Source: a bacterium
GTDB taxonomy: Bacteria > UBA10199 > 2-02-FULL-44-16 > JAAZCA01
Assembly (NCBI GenBank): GCA_963674695.2
Contig: CAXXGI010000001.1
Span: 960,001-1,024,000, forward strand
DNA: 64,000 nucleotides
Direction of reading: 5' to 3'
The notes under the pieces were generated by a model. The model was not told where the DNA came from, did no database searches, and saw only the letters and a program-made list of their open reading frames with translations. Both the position numbers and the translations under genes were made by a program. This document shows, piece after piece, positions 45,790-56,558 of this stretch (position 1 is its first letter; every line of letters begins with the position of its first letter).

Positions 45790-48700
45790 CTAGGAACATC
45801 CCATCGAATTTCCGCAGTTGAGACACTTATAGCACGCGCCGTTGCGGACGGTGACGTGCCCACACTGGTCGCAGAACGGGGCGTCGCCCATCATGTTCTG
45901 CAGGTGTGCGCCCATGCCGGCCGTCTTCGGCTTGGCCTCGGCCAACTGCACGACCACGCCGGAGGCGGAGGTCGATGTCGAAAGCCCTGTGGCGGCTGAG
46001 GTATGCATCGCCCCCGCGCTCACCGCCGCGATCGCGGGAAGTGCCTCGTCGGCGTCGTCATCGTTGCGCTTTTTGGGAACCGACGGCTTCACCGTGACGC
46101 TCACCCGTTTGGGGTCGGGCGTCTTCGCCGCCTTCTTGTCCGCAGCATCGCCACGCTCGATCTCGGCTTTGACGTCATCGTCCTTCGTGGGCTTGACCTG
46201 CACGAAGTCGGTGCGGCCGAGGTATTCCATGCCCAGCACGCGGAAGACGTAGTCGATCACCGACGTCGCCATCTTGATGTTGGGATGATCGACAACACCC
46301 TGCGGCTCAAACCGCGTGAAGGTGAAACAGTCGACGTATTCGTCGAGCGGAACGCCGTACTGCAGCCCCAGGCTCACCGCGATGGCGAAGCAGTTCATCA
46401 TGCTGCGCAGCGCCGCCCCTTCCTTGTGCATATCGATGAAGAGTTCGCCGAGCGTGCCGTCCTCGTGCTCACCGGTGCGCAGATAGACCTTGTGCCCGCC
46501 GACGCGCGCCTCCTGCGTAAAACCGCTGCGCTTTTTGGGAAGGCGACGGCGTTTGAGAACCGGCTGTGCGGCGATCGCCGGCTGCGCCGCAACATCCTCA
46601 GAGACATCGGTCGAGTCCTCTTTCCTCTTTCGATCGGACGCGCTCGAAGTGAGCGGCTGGGAGAGCTTGCATCCGTCGCGATAGAGCGCCACGGCCTTGA
46701 GCCCCATGCGCCAGGAATCGACGATGAGGCGCTCGATCTCCTCGGCGGTAATCTCACGCGGCAGGTTGATCGTCTTGGAGATCGCGCCCGAGATAAATTT
46801 CTGCGCCGCACTCATCATCTTCAGGTGCGACATGGGCAGGAGATAGCGCGTGCCGATCTTTCCACACGCGTTCGCGCAGTCGAAGACCGGCAGGTGCTCG
46901 GCCTTGAGGTTGGGCGCACCCTCGATCGTCATGCGTCCGCAGATCTCGGCGCTGGCTTCCGCGATCTGCTTCTCGGAGAAACCGAGCTCACTGAGCAGAT
47001 CGAACCCGGGCTTCTCATACTGCTCTTCGGTGAACCCGAAGCGTGCCATCGCTTCGCGCCCCAGGGCCTGCGACGTGAAGGCATAGGGCAGATCGAAGAC
47101 GCCCGCGAGCGCTCCTTCGACCTTATCGAGGTCCTCGTCGGAAAACCCCTTATCGCGCAACGAATGGGCGTTGATGTGAGGCGTGCCCACGAGCGACGTG
47201 GTCCCCTGAACATAGGTGATGATCTGAGCGATCTCCTCGTCGCTGTAGCCGAGACGGCGAAGCGCCTTGGGCACCGAACCGTTGACGATCTTGAAGTAAC
47301 CGCCGCCGGCGAGCTTTTTGAATTTCACGAGCGAAAAATCCGGCTCGATCCCGGTGGTGTCGCAGTCCATGAGCAGGCCGATCGTCCCGGTGGGAGCCAG
47401 CACCGTCACCTGCGCGTTGCGGAACCCCCAGCGTTCGCCGTCGGCCAGACAGCGATCCCATTCGTCGCGCGCCGCCTTGACGAGCGAGGAGGGGCAGCTG
47501 TTCGTCGGAATCTCATAGGCCGCATCGCGGTGCATGCGCATGACCTCGAGCATGGATTCACGGTTCTTCGCATATTCGGGGAAGGCGCCGACTTCACCAG
47601 CAATCTCGGCGCTGGCGCGATAGGCCGTGCCGGTCATGACAGCCGTGATCGCCTCACACCAGGTGCGCGCCTCGTCCGAATCGTAGGGAAGACCGTTGAC
47701 CATCAGCATCGTTCCCAGGTTGGCATAGCCCAACCCGAGCGGACGGAAGCGATGGCTGTTCGTCGCGATCGGCTCGGTCGGATAGGAGGAGAAATCGACG
47801 AGGATCTCTTGCGCGATGATGAAGACGCGGCAGGCGTGTTGGAACGCCTCGACGTCGAACGTTCCGCTCGCCTCGTCGTAGAACTTCATGAGATTGAGCG
47901 AAGCCAGATTGCACGCGCTGTTGTCGACAAACATAAATTCGGAACACGGATTCGACGCGTTGATCGGCCCGCTGCCACGACAGGTGTGCCACTTGTTGAT
48001 CGTGGTATCGAACTGCACGCCGGGATCGGCGCAGGCCCACGCGGCGTAGGAGAGCTTATGCATCAGGTCGCGCGCGGGGATGCGCTGGTGCACTTCGTTC
48101 GTCGTGCGAAGGCGGGTCTCCCAAGCATCGTCGTTGACGTAGGCATACATGAACTCGTCGGAGAGCCGCACGGAGTTGTTCGAGTTCTGGCCCGAGACGG
48201 TCTTGTACGCATCGCCGTTGAAGTCGGAGGAATACCCCGCCTCGATGAGCGCGGCGACCTTGCGCTCCTCGCCGACCTTCCAGTCGATGAAGTCGATGAT
48301 CTCGGGGTGGTCGACGTCGAGGCAGACCATCTTGGCCGCGCGACGCGTCGTACCGCCGGACTTGGTCGCACCCGCACCGCGGTCGAGCACCTCGAGGAAA
48401 CTCATAAGGCCGGAGCTGGTGCCGCCGCCGGAGAGCTTTTCAAAACGCGAACGGAGGTGAGAAAAGTTGGTGCCCGTGCCGGAACCGAACTTGAAGAGCC
48501 GCACCTCGTTCTTGGCGAGGTCGAAGATGGACATCAGGTCATCATCGACGGCCTGAATGAAACAGGCCGAGCACTGCGGATGTTCGTAGGAGTTTTCCGT
48601 GCAGGCGAACGCATCGTTTGCGGCATCCCACGTCCAATTGCCGCCGCTGCCCTCGATGCCATAGGAATGATAGAGCCCACAGTTGAACCAGACGGGCGAG

Positions 48701-49140
48701 TTGAACGCACCGATCTGATGGACGAGCATGTGCGCGAGCTCGGCCTCGAAGACATCGGCATCGTCGGTCGTGGCGAAGTAGCCGCCCATCTCCTCACCCG
48801 CGCCGCGAATGGCGCGCACGATACGGGTGACGACCTGACGCACGGAGGTCTCATGCCCTGCACCCGGAACGCCGCGCTTGCGAAAATATTTCGAGACGAG
48901 GATATCGGTGGCCAGCTGCGACCACCCCTCGGGGACCTCGGCGCCATCCATGCGGAAGACGACGGAGCCGTCGGGATTGGTGATGAGGCTGGAGCGCTTG
49001 GTATAGGTGACCAGATCCAGCGGATCCTTGCCGGGACGAGTGAAACGCCGCTCGAGGCTCAACCCCTTCGTACCCCCCGAAAGTTTCGCCTTGGCCTTGC
49101 CCTGCCCCTTGTTCGTGCGCGCCAACGACCTCGTCCCCAT
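45790..49140 (-). CDS. nrdJ: Class II (adenosylcobalamin-dependent) ribonucleotide reductase
   Basis: [51 protein letters not shown]-terminal CxxC..CxxC. Confidence 0.96.
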   Translation of the reverse strand: MGTRSLARTNKGQGKAKAKLSGGTKGLSLERRFTRPGKDPLDLVTYTKRSSLITNPDGSVVFRMDGAEVPEGWSQLATDILVSKYFRKRGVPGAGHETSVRQVVTRIVRAIRGAGEEMGGYFATTDDADVFEAELAHMLVHQIGAFNSPVWFNCGLYHSYGIEGSGGNWTWDAANDAFACTENSYEHPQCSACFIQAVDDDLMSIFDLAKNEVRLFKFGSGTGTNFSHLRSRFEKLSGGGTSSGLMSFLEVLDRGAGATKSGGTTRRAAKMVCLDVDHPEIIDFIDWKVGEERKVAALIEAGYSSDFNGDAYKTVSGQNSNNSVRLSDEFMYAYVNDDAWETRLRTTNEVHQRIPARDLMHKLSYAAWACADPGVQFDTTINKWHTCRGSGPINASNPCSEFMFVDNSACNLASLNLMKFYDEASGTFDVEAFQHACRVFIIAQEILVDFSSYPTEPIATNSHRFRPLGLGYANLGTMLMVNGLPYDSDEARTWCEAITAVMTGTAYRASAEIAGEVGAFPEYAKNRESMLEVMRMHRDAAYEIPTNSCPSSLVKAARDEWDRCLADGERWGFRNAQVTVLAPTGTIGLLMDCDTTGIEPDFSLVKFKKLAGGGYFKIVNGSVPKALRRLGYSDEEIAQIITYVQGTTSLVGTPHINAHSLRDKGFSDEDLDKVEGALAGVFDLPYAFTSQALGREAMARFGFTEEQYEKPGFDLLSELGFSEKQIAEASAEICGRMTIEGAPNLKAEHLPVFDCANACGKIGTRYLLPMSHLKMMSAAQKFISGAISKTINLPREITAEEIERLIVDSWRMGLKAVALYRDGCKLSQPLTSSASDRKRKEDSTDVSEDVAAQPAIAAQPVLKRRRLPKKRSGFTQEARVGGHKVYLRTGEHEDGTLGELFIDMHKEGAALRSMMNCFAIAVSLGLQYGVPLDEYVDCFTFTRFEPQGVVDHPNIKMATSVIDYVFRVLGMEYLGRTDFVQVKPTKDDDVKAEIERGDAADKKAAKTPDPKRVSVTVKPSVPKKRNDDDADEALPAIAAVSAGAMHTSAATGLSTSTSASGVVVQLAEAKPKTAGMGAHLQNMMGDAPFCDQCGHVTVRNGACYKCLNCGNSMGCS

Positions 49141-49198
49141 GATGCCCCCTCTTAGTCGGATAATTTCGTTTTAAGCGACAAAAAGCCCCCCGACGGGC

Positions 49199-49325
49199 TG
49201 TGGATAAACAAAAGGGATAAAACAAAAACAATTTCAATTACTTATAGTCTTTTCCCCCGTTTATGCACCGTCTTATCCACAACATATTGTGTGTATACCT
49301 ATTGGTAAACCACTACATGTTGTGG
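49199..49325. promoter_or_regulatory. nrdJ upstream region with two NrdR boxes and two perfect DnaA boxes
   Basis: NrdR-like CCACAACATATTGTGT 49277-49292 and CCACTACATGTTGTGG 49310-49325; TGTGGATAA 49199-49207; TTATCCACA 49273-49281. Confidence 0.85.
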
Positions 49326-49561
49326 TGTCAAAGGAAAAAAAGGGAGCGCTACAATTATCTTGCCTATGCTCTTGAATTCCCGTTATACGAAACGCATCTT
49401 CGCCCCCTGACCGCTTTTGTATGGATCGATGACGTCAGCGGAAAATCGCACCCCGGAAGGATCCTGGGCGATCGACCGGCGTAGATGGTTGTGAAAAGGG
49501 AATCAACGGGAAACGCTTCGGAAACAGACTGTCATTTCGATTGCTTCCGAAAGAGAGTCGC

Positions 49562-50374
49562 ATGAGCAACTTCACCAAATATGCCAGCGGTGCCAAGTCC
49601 CCCGACAGTCGCAACCTCGGGGATGAGTGGGCCAACTGGGATGGACGCGACGGCGGGACCATCCATGAGGGGAAGGGGCTCTTCGCGGCCACCGCCCTCT
49701 TGGTCCTCCTCGGCGCCGGCGCCGGCCTCGCGCTCCTCATCTATCTGATCTCACCGCGACTCACCCAGTGGGCGAGCTGGCTGCCCACATTCGCCTGGGT
49801 CGCCACAGGCGCCGCCATCGTCTTCGCCCTCATCTGGTATGCGCTCTTCGTCACCACCTTCCGCACCGAACGCAACTGTCTGCCCGCCCGAAACTGGACG
49901 CGGCCGCTCTTCGACCTGATCTTCGCCGGCGTCTTTCGCGTGGGGGAGATGCTGGGGATCACGCGCGATCGCATGGGTCACTCCTTCGTGCGCATCTCCA
50001 ACGCCCTTTCGCGGTCGGCAAAGAAACCCGGCCGCGACGAGACGCTCCTGCTCCTCCTGCCGCGCTGCCTGACCAAGGAACTGATCAAAGAGATCACAGC
50101 GCTCAAAGAGCGCTATCCGATCCATGTCCATATCGTCTCCGGCGGAGAATTGGCGCGCAAGAAGGTGCGCGAGCTCATGCCCACCGCCGTCATCGGCGTC
50201 GCCTGTGAACGCGACCTGGTCAGCGGCATCCGCGATGTCGGGGAAAAACTCTCGGTCATTGGCATCCCGAACGCGCGCCCCGAAGGGCCGTGTGTCAACA
50301 CGACGATCGATATGAACACCCTCATCGAAGCGATCGAATTTTATGTGGGAAAGCCGAAGGCGATGGTTTCATGA
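49562..50374 (+). CDS. DUF116 domain membrane protein
   Basis: LLLLPRCL, GGELARK, AVIGVACERDLVSG, GPCVNT. Confidence 0.88.
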   Translation: MSNFTKYASGAKSPDSRNLGDEWANWDGRDGGTIHEGKGLFAATALLVLLGAGAGLALLIYLISPRLTQWASWLPTFAWVATGAAIVFALIWYALFVTTFRTERNCLPARNWTRPLFDLIFAGVFRVGEMLGITRDRMGHSFVRISNALSRSAKKPGRDETLLLLLPRCLTKELIKEITALKERYPIHVHIVSGGELARKKVRELMPTAVIGVACERDLVSGIRDVGEKLSVIGIPNARPEGPCVNTTIDMNTLIEAIEFYVGKPKAMVS

Positions 50375-50398
50375 GATGTAACTCTGCTTTCGCTCGAT

Positions 50399-50485
50399 GT
50401 CATCCCGAGCGAAGCCCGGAGGGCACAGTCGAGGGATCTCCTGAGATCCTTCGACTCGTCTGTCCCGGACTCGCTCAGGATGACA
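50399..50485. repeat. REP-like palindrome doublet (GTCATCCCGAGCGAAG type)
   Basis: GTCATCCCGAGCGAAGCC...GAGGGATCTC / GAGATCCTTCG...TCGCTCAGGATGACA. Confidence 0.8.
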
Positions 50486-50522
50486 GCTCAAGCGGGTCGC
50501 TATACACTTGAAAGGAATCGGC

Positions 50523-51788
50523 ATGACCGACCAGCTGCATCCTGCCTGCTCGATTGGCCCCGGCTACACCTTCTGTGCCCCTTCCCCCGCGAAGGGCTTT
50601 TTTCTGGCCGTCCATCCGCAGCGGCCGCAGGCGGACGATGCCCGATTCATCCAGGACCTCTTTCGCCGTCGTTCGCTCACCCCCACGCCGGCATCGACAT
50701 CGTTTTCCCATCCGGCCATCCCGCAGGGGGCGCGCCTCTATCGCGTGGACGCCTTTCTCCCGAAGATCGTACGCGAACGCACCGGCACCACCGTGGATCT
50801 CGTGGGTCCGAACTGCTATGCGACCGCGCTGACCGCCAGCGGCAAAACGGGTTTCGCCGATCGCTATGTGGACAAGGCGGAATTTCGCTATTTCATCGCA
50901 CGCGACTATGAAGCGGTTGTCGCGAATGCCCCCGAGCGACTCGGCGATATCGTCGTCTATGACGGTCACGGCGGTGCGGATGCGGGCGAACACGCCGCTG
51001 CACTCCTCATCGGCGGACTCGTCTTTCACAAGGGGGGATTCAGCCGCAGCTTTCCGTATGAAATCGTTCCGATCACGGGAGCGCTCACCGCAATGGACGC
51101 CGCCTACGTCCCGCCGCGCGAGGATCGCTTCTTCCCAAAACCGAAACCCAAGCCGCGCGCGCCGCAGCGCATCGACCGCCATCGCCTTCGCTCCAACCCG
51201 ACCACACGGATGACGACGGCGACCGCGAGGGATCGCACCCTGTTCCTTCCGTTGATGCGCTCCTATGAAAAGCGATTGCAGCGCGTCTGTTCGCTCACCT
51301 GGAGTCATTTTTCAGATGCACGCCTTGATCTCCTCTCGATGGAGAACATCGGGCACCTCCTGCGCGCATTCGAAAAGCGCCTGAAGGAAAAGGATATCGG
51401 CGACGACCTGCTCAAGCTCGATCCGACGATCGCGGAGACCTATCTGCGGCTCAAGAGCTTGAGCTATCAATATGATGCGATGATCGCCGCCTACTGCCCG
51501 ATCAAGGAGACGCGCCGCACAGAGGCACTGGAAGCGCTCTACCGCACACACTATGTGCGCTTCGATCGTCATTTCGATCGCGAAATCGCCGCTCATCTCA
51601 AGGCCTGCGGCGTCCACGGCTACCTGCATCGAGCCGTCCGCGATCGCGTCGTCGATCGAATCAAGACCTACGATCCGGTTCGCTTTGCGGCGAGCGACGG
51701 CGCCAAGGGCATTCCCTTTTATCGGATTCTTTCCGAAGAGATCGAACGGGTCACCGGATCACCGGCGCAGGGGATTGTCGTCGAATAG
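50523..51788 (+). CDS. Hypothetical protein with possible papain/NlpC-P60-like Cys-His domain
   Basis: GPNCYATAL...GDIVVY...EHAA...VFHKGG. Confidence 0.6.
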   Translation: MTDQLHPACSIGPGYTFCAPSPAKGFFLAVHPQRPQADDARFIQDLFRRRSLTPTPASTSFSHPAIPQGARLYRVDAFLPKIVRERTGTTVDLVGPNCYATALTASGKTGFADRYVDKAEFRYFIARDYEAVVANAPERLGDIVVYDGHGGADAGEHAAALLIGGLVFHKGGFSRSFPYEIVPITGALTAMDAAYVPPREDRFFPKPKPKPRAPQRIDRHRLRSNPTTRMTTATARDRTLFLPLMRSYEKRLQRVCSLTWSHFSDARLDLLSMENIGHLLRAFEKRLKEKDIGDDLLKLDPTIAETYLRLKSLSYQYDAMIAAYCPIKETRRTEALEALYRTHYVRFDRHFDREIAAHLKACGVHGYLHRAVRDRVVDRIKTYDPVRFAASDGAKGIPFYRILSEEIERVTGSPAQGIVVE

Positions 51789-51814
51789 GCGGACGTTCAC
51801 GCGGGGATAATGCT

Positions 51815-52402
51815 TTATTGGGATTCATTCCGATGTCGGGCGACAATGATCAGGACCTTCACCCCCTCGATCGCAGCATCGACCGCTTGCCCCACCATCT
51901 CGATCGCGTCCGGCATCCGGTCGAAGAGTGCCCCCAACGTATAGCCCTTCTCATGCGATCCACGGGTACAGTGGGCAATATCGCACGCGATATTGGACGC
52001 CATCGTCTCTGCATCATACTGTTCTGTCAGCGAAATACAGGGAAGCGCTTTGTCCCCATCGAAACAGATGTCGGTGCTCTCATCCTGGACGAGTTGATTG
52101 GCCAGTTCGACCGACTTTTCTGCGATCTTCTCCACAACCGCACTCCGGCTTTGCATCTGTATCCAGCTCTCATGGCACTCGCTGAACCGCTGCGCCGGAT
52201 TCTTCTCCGAATCGGAAAAAATCGAACCGATGGACTCGAGGCTCCACGTCCATTCAAATTTCTCCGGCACCTGGGCCCCGAGCGCATCACATTCCTTTCC
52301 CTTCGCCTCGACCTCGGCGGGTGTCGGGAGATGGTGTCTCCGGGCGAGGGAATGGGCGATGCCCTGCGTGGCTTCGCGTATCGTCATCAGCTTGTCGACC
52401 AT
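51815..52402 (-). CDS. Hypothetical protein
   Basis: 195-aa ORF with AAGGAGG SD and sigma28-like motif upstream. Confidence 0.7.
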   Translation of the reverse strand: MVDKLMTIREATQGIAHSLARRHHLPTPAEVEAKGKECDALGAQVPEKFEWTWSLESIGSIFSDSEKNPAQRFSECHESWIQMQSRSAVVEKIAEKSVELANQLVQDESTDICFDGDKALPCISLTEQYDAETMASNIACDIAHCTRGSHEKGYTLGALFDRMPDAIEMVGQAVDAAIEGVKVLIIVARHRNESQ

Positions 52403-52446
52403 GGCCTTCCTCCTTTGAGATCGTTCGATACCCTGTCCTCCCTTCC

Positions 52447-52473
52447 CTATCGGTTGCGGGCGGAAAAAGTTGC
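52447..52473 (-). promoter_or_regulatory. Sigma28-like promoter variant
   Basis: Minus strand GCAACTTT-N11-ACCGATAG. Confidence 0.6.
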
Positions 52474-52518
52474 GTCCTAAATAAATGGCCGGATAAAACT
52501 GACATCAAGGGCAAACGG

Positions 52519-55248
52519 CTATTGCAGCGGGGCACAGATGGGGCGAGCATGGGCGCCTTTCCAAACGCCATCGGTAACATCGGTCTCCGGATGTGTGCCG
52601 GCCAGACCGATGGCAATCTCCCCAGGGTCACACATAAAGCCCTCATCGCCGGAATCCTTCATGAGCTTTGGCGTCCACGCATCGTAGGAGAGCGTAACCA
52701 TCCGGAATTTCTCATTCGGAACGATCGGGGAGCAGCGAAGTCGCAGATCCTCCTTGCTCTCGACAAGCCCGGTCACCGCATATCCACCCGGGCATCTATC
52801 GACTGACGCGAAGTATTTGATGCGAGTGTGAGCAGGCACCCCCTCGAGCGGCATCGACGGATCGGCATCGATCTCCATCTCATCCTTCATCCAATCGCCG
52901 CCATAGAGCTTCTGCCCGACAAACTGTCGCTCGCCGGAATCATCGACGCCATAGTCGCCGTCGGTGTCGATCACCTCCGTCGCATCCCGATAGATCGGTT
53001 CCAGGCGGGAGACATACGGAGGAATCCAAAAATCGTCATCGCCGTCCACCCCCTTCCGTTTGACCTGCTCGATAATCTTGCGCATACCGACGAGAACCTG
53101 CCTGGGCTCACCTATGACCTCCGTGTCGCCACTCATTTGTCCCGGGATGGAGATGTCATCCGTTCCGACAGAGATCGAGCCCACGAGCGGCTTCGCAAAG
53201 CTCTCTGCATTCACCGCGCGACGGCAGCTCAAACCGATGGACTGGATTCGATTCGATTTCCCGAAGAGTCGGATCCCGACCGCGAAGTCCTGTCGTTTGC
53301 CCTCCCGGCCCAAGTCCGTCTCGCATTGACGATGAAAGGCATGCCGTGTCCAATAGGCGCAGAACTCGTCGCGGCACGTCGCATCGAGATTTACATATTT
53401 TTTCTTGGCCGGAGATTCCCCCTCGCGATCGCCCAGACCATTCTTACCAAGATTCCAGGTGTCATCGTCGGCATCGCCCATGGCGGCGGTAAAATAATGG
53501 GCGTCGACAACCCGGTCGCCATGCCCGTTTCGCATCAGCACCGGACCGCTCCCCCCCACCTTGACACAGCGCAGAGCAAGCGCACCGAGCGTCTTTTTCG
53601 CCTTCGTGAAGAGGATCTGACCGACGGCATACCCCGCACGACAGAGCAGCTGTTTCCCCTTGTCGCTGGAATCGATACCGTCGCGAACAACGGAGTACCA
53701 TTTCTCATCGTCCACTTCGTCAACCGTTTCCGTTCCGACGGTGATCGGATCGATCGTCTTCCTCACGATACCAACGCCGGGCTTGAATCGCTTGCACTGA
53801 ATCTTCGTGATCCGCGTGACATTATCGCCCGCGTCCACCTTGAGACCCGTGAGGATCTCGTCATCATTTGGACACCTTCCCTTGAACGATCCCGCCTCAC
53901 TGAGCGCATCCTTGAGACGAACCCGACTCCAATCCGTCGTATACTTCTCGCCCAGGTGCGGACCTTCCTGAAATACCGCATCGCTCGCGGCGAGACAGGC
54001 GTCGGAGCGTTCGGCGGTGCGCTGGGCCAGATCCCGTGTCGCCTCATACAGCTCCTGACTCTCTCGGACGAACTGTTCCCGCTCCTTGCGCACGCTCCGA
54101 CAGATGTCGATCGCGCCATCCGTTCCATCGCCGTTGTAGAATTCCTGCATGGCAGTAAAGGTCGACTCGATCCGCTCCGAACCCGCGCGGCAATATTGTG
54201 CATATTCGGAATCGCGCGAGGTGCAGGCATCGGCATCGCCCTTGAGGATCGTCTTGGCATCCTCGAGCGCCTGGCGCTCCACCTCGAGCGCGGCGACCCA
54301 GGCCGGGCCGCGGCCGTTGCAGCTGTCGTTCGCGATCGTCTCGGGTGTGGATGCCACCGGATCCAACGCGGTAACGGCTGAACCCGCAAACCCGGCGAGC
54401 TCCCCCGGCAACAGGGGCTCATCGCGTGGAATGCGCGCCAAAACCGCACTGGAATCGCGAGCGAACGAGCTATCCTTCTCAACGGAATAGGAAGCCGCCC
54501 TTGTCTGCGCCGCCATCCGCCGCGACACGCCGAGAAGAACGACAAGCTGCGTCTGACTATAGTGCTCGGTTGCATCCATGCAGGCGCGCACCTCATCGAG
54601 TTCCTTGAGCAGTTCAAACTGGGGCTGTGCCTTGAGATCGTTTATCTGGCCGATCACGCCTTGATGCAGGGGATAGACCTCGATCGCTCGCGTCATGGCC
54701 TTGCGCAACAATGCCGACTCCTCCTCGACGAGCGCCTTGACGGAGAGCTGGCGCAGGGGATCATCCTCGCCCGCCTCCCCCTCGAGGCAATTCTTAAATC
54801 GCTCACGCAGCTCAAGCGCCCTGTCACCGTCGGGGAGATTTTCACATGCACGTGGGCCGCAGGCGGTCGCGCGCTCATCGATGAGGGAGGCGCGACCATC
54901 GGTGCCATGAATCTGCACGCGCAGGCGCTCGATCTTGGCCTGGAGGCGCTCGCCATCGCGCACGTAGCGCTCACAGCGCTCAGGCGTAATCACCGGATCA
55001 TCCGGGTCGTCAGGGTCATCGGGATCATTTGGATCGTCGGGATCATTTGGATCGTCGGGATCATCCGGGCCGTCAGGACCGACCAGGATCGGACCGCTCA
55101 CGTCGCCCTCGATGATCGGCGCAGCGATCTCATCAACGCCCTCACCGCCGATTCCACTCTGAGCACCGGAACAGGCGGTGAAGATCGCCGCGATGAAGAG
55201 GCTCATCATAATGATGGAGACAACAGGGGTGCGGCAAACCTGGGACAT
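52519..55248 (-). CDS. Large lipoprotein: PDD repeat linker, Cys-containing helical region, C-terminal Cys-bounded beta repeats
   Basis: Lipobox FTAC; (PDD/PND)n; repeats CPGGYAVTGL..LRLRC, CRAGYAVGQI..LALRC, CDPGEIAIGL..RPIC. Confidence 0.8.
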   Translation of the reverse strand: MSQVCRTPVVSIIMMSLFIAAIFTACSGAQSGIGGEGVDEIAAPIIEGDVSGPILVGPDGPDDPDDPNDPDDPNDPDDPDDPDDPVITPERCERYVRDGERLQAKIERLRVQIHGTDGRASLIDERATACGPRACENLPDGDRALELRERFKNCLEGEAGEDDPLRQLSVKALVEEESALLRKAMTRAIEVYPLHQGVIGQINDLKAQPQFELLKELDEVRACMDATEHYSQTQLVVLLGVSRRMAAQTRAASYSVEKDSSFARDSSAVLARIPRDEPLLPGELAGFAGSAVTALDPVASTPETIANDSCNGRGPAWVAALEVERQALEDAKTILKGDADACTSRDSEYAQYCRAGSERIESTFTAMQEFYNGDGTDGAIDICRSVRKEREQFVRESQELYEATRDLAQRTAERSDACLAASDAVFQEGPHLGEKYTTDWSRVRLKDALSEAGSFKGRCPNDDEILTGLKVDAGDNVTRITKIQCKRFKPGVGIVRKTIDPITVGTETVDEVDDEKWYSVVRDGIDSSDKGKQLLCRAGYAVGQILFTKAKKTLGALALRCVKVGGSGPVLMRNGHGDRVVDAHYFTAAMGDADDDTWNLGKNGLGDREGESPAKKKYVNLDATCRDEFCAYWTRHAFHRQCETDLGREGKRQDFAVGIRLFGKSNRIQSIGLSCRRAVNAESFAKPLVGSISVGTDDISIPGQMSGDTEVIGEPRQVLVGMRKIIEQVKRKGVDGDDDFWIPPYVSRLEPIYRDATEVIDTDGDYGVDDSGERQFVGQKLYGGDWMKDEMEIDADPSMPLEGVPAHTRIKYFASVDRCPGGYAVTGLVESKEDLRLRCSPIVPNEKFRMVTLSYDAWTPKLMKDSGDEGFMCDPGEIAIGLAGTHPETDVTDGVWKGAHARPICAPLQ

Positions 55249-55453
55249 GGTCTCTCCTCCACCCTCCTTATCGGTTGAAGGACAGTCTCAAGGTGCGTGC
55301 GATTCGAGCCCAAACCACGACAAAACTACATTGGCATGCGTTCTCTATCCCTTGGCGGGGCAACTTTTTTCAAATGACGGTCATTTTTTTGGAGAAAATG
55401 GGGAGAAAAACGCCATATATCGGCTCTTCCCCTGGAAGCACCCCGGTCTTTGT

Positions 55454-55544
55454 GCCGCGAGGGAAAATACAGAGCTATTTTTACAGGTTCACCTGCCCGC
55501 CTCCGGAGGGTCGGGAAAATGGCTCCGCTTTTCCCGGGAGACAC
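55454..55544 (+). repeat. Hairpin family element, copy 3, upstream of the TRAP operon
   Basis: GCCGCGAGGGAAAATACAGAGCTATTTTTACAG...GAAAATGGCTCCGCTTTTCCCGGGAGACAC. Confidence 0.65.
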
Positions 55545-55654
55545 CCCAGCCTCTGTGCTTCCGAAAAGACCGATGACGCACCCCTACGCGCTGCGTCATA
55601 ACCTCCCGTATCCTCTATTGATTTCCATTTTTGGGATTGATAGAACCCCCGGAT

Positions 55655-56554
55655 ATGAAATCACGAATCCTGCTGGCCATTCTTATTCTGCCCTTTATCG
55701 CCGCCTGCTCGATGCAATCGATGGCGACCCGGACCATCGGCAAGATCGCCACCCGCGGCATGATCGCCGTCGAGGACGAACGCGACATCCCCTTTGCCGA
55801 GGCGGCATCCCCTGCCCTCATTAAAACCCTCGAGGTCCTGCACTATGGCGATCCGAAGGATGCGCGCATGCTGGCGCTGTTGTCACGCGCCTACGGCACC
55901 TACACCTTCGGATTTCTCGAACAGGAGCTCATCGACGCCAAGGCCACCGGGAGAAATACGGATGCGATCACAAGCCGCATGAGCCACTTCTACCGGATGG
56001 GCCGCGAATACGGCATCGCCGCGCTCGCGCAAAAGAAATCGATGGCGCGCGGCTTCAAGGAGCCGCTACCGCAATTCAAGAAGGCCGTGGCAGGGCTCTC
56101 GAAAAAACACGTCCCGGCGCTCTTCTGGACGGCGTTTTCTTGGGCCAACTGGCTGAACATGAACCTCGACGACGTCGGCGCCATCATCGACCTCGCCCGC
56201 ATCCAGGCGATGATCGACCGCGTGATCGAGCTCGATCCGACCTACTATCACGCGCAGGCGCACACCTTCCGGGGAGTGATGGCCGCCTCCCGCCCGAAGA
56301 TGCTCGGCGGCGATCCGGAACTGGCCCGAATCGAGTTCGAAACGGCAATCGCGGCCGCGCCCAATTATCTGATGACGAAAGTCCTCTTCGCCCAGTACTA
56401 TTGTCGACAGGTGCAGAACTTGGCCCTCTTCACACGCACGCTCGAAGAGGTGATCGCCGCCGATGCCAATAAGCTCCGGGGAGAGAACCTCTCCAACGCC
56501 CTGGCGCAGAAACGCGCAAAGGTGTTGCTGGGGATGAAGAAGAAGTTGTTTTAG
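55655..56554 (+). CDS. TRAP transporter TatT component (TPR lipoprotein)
   Basis: Lipobox IAAC; LFWTAFSW; RVIELDPTY; RPKMLGGDPELA; precedes dctPQM. Confidence 0.88.
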   Translation: MKSRILLAILILPFIAACSMQSMATRTIGKIATRGMIAVEDERDIPFAEAASPALIKTLEVLHYGDPKDARMLALLSRAYGTYTFGFLEQELIDAKATGRNTDAITSRMSHFYRMGREYGIAALAQKKSMARGFKEPLPQFKKAVAGLSKKHVPALFWTAFSWANWLNMNLDDVGAIIDLARIQAMIDRVIELDPTYYHAQAHTFRGVMAASRPKMLGGDPELARIEFETAIAAAPNYLMTKVLFAQYYCRQVQNLALFTRTLEEVIAADANKLRGENLSNALAQKRAKVLLGMKKKLF

Positions 56555-56558
56555 GCGT

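Noticed and set aside
46003-49155. 1050-aa plus-strand ORF
   Set aside because: Antisense shadow of nrdJ, typical of GC-rich genes; no recognisable motifs
49199-49325. Replication origin
   Set aside because: Only two perfect DnaA boxes, no dnaA/dnaN/gidA context, and NrdR boxes explain the region as the nrdJ promoter
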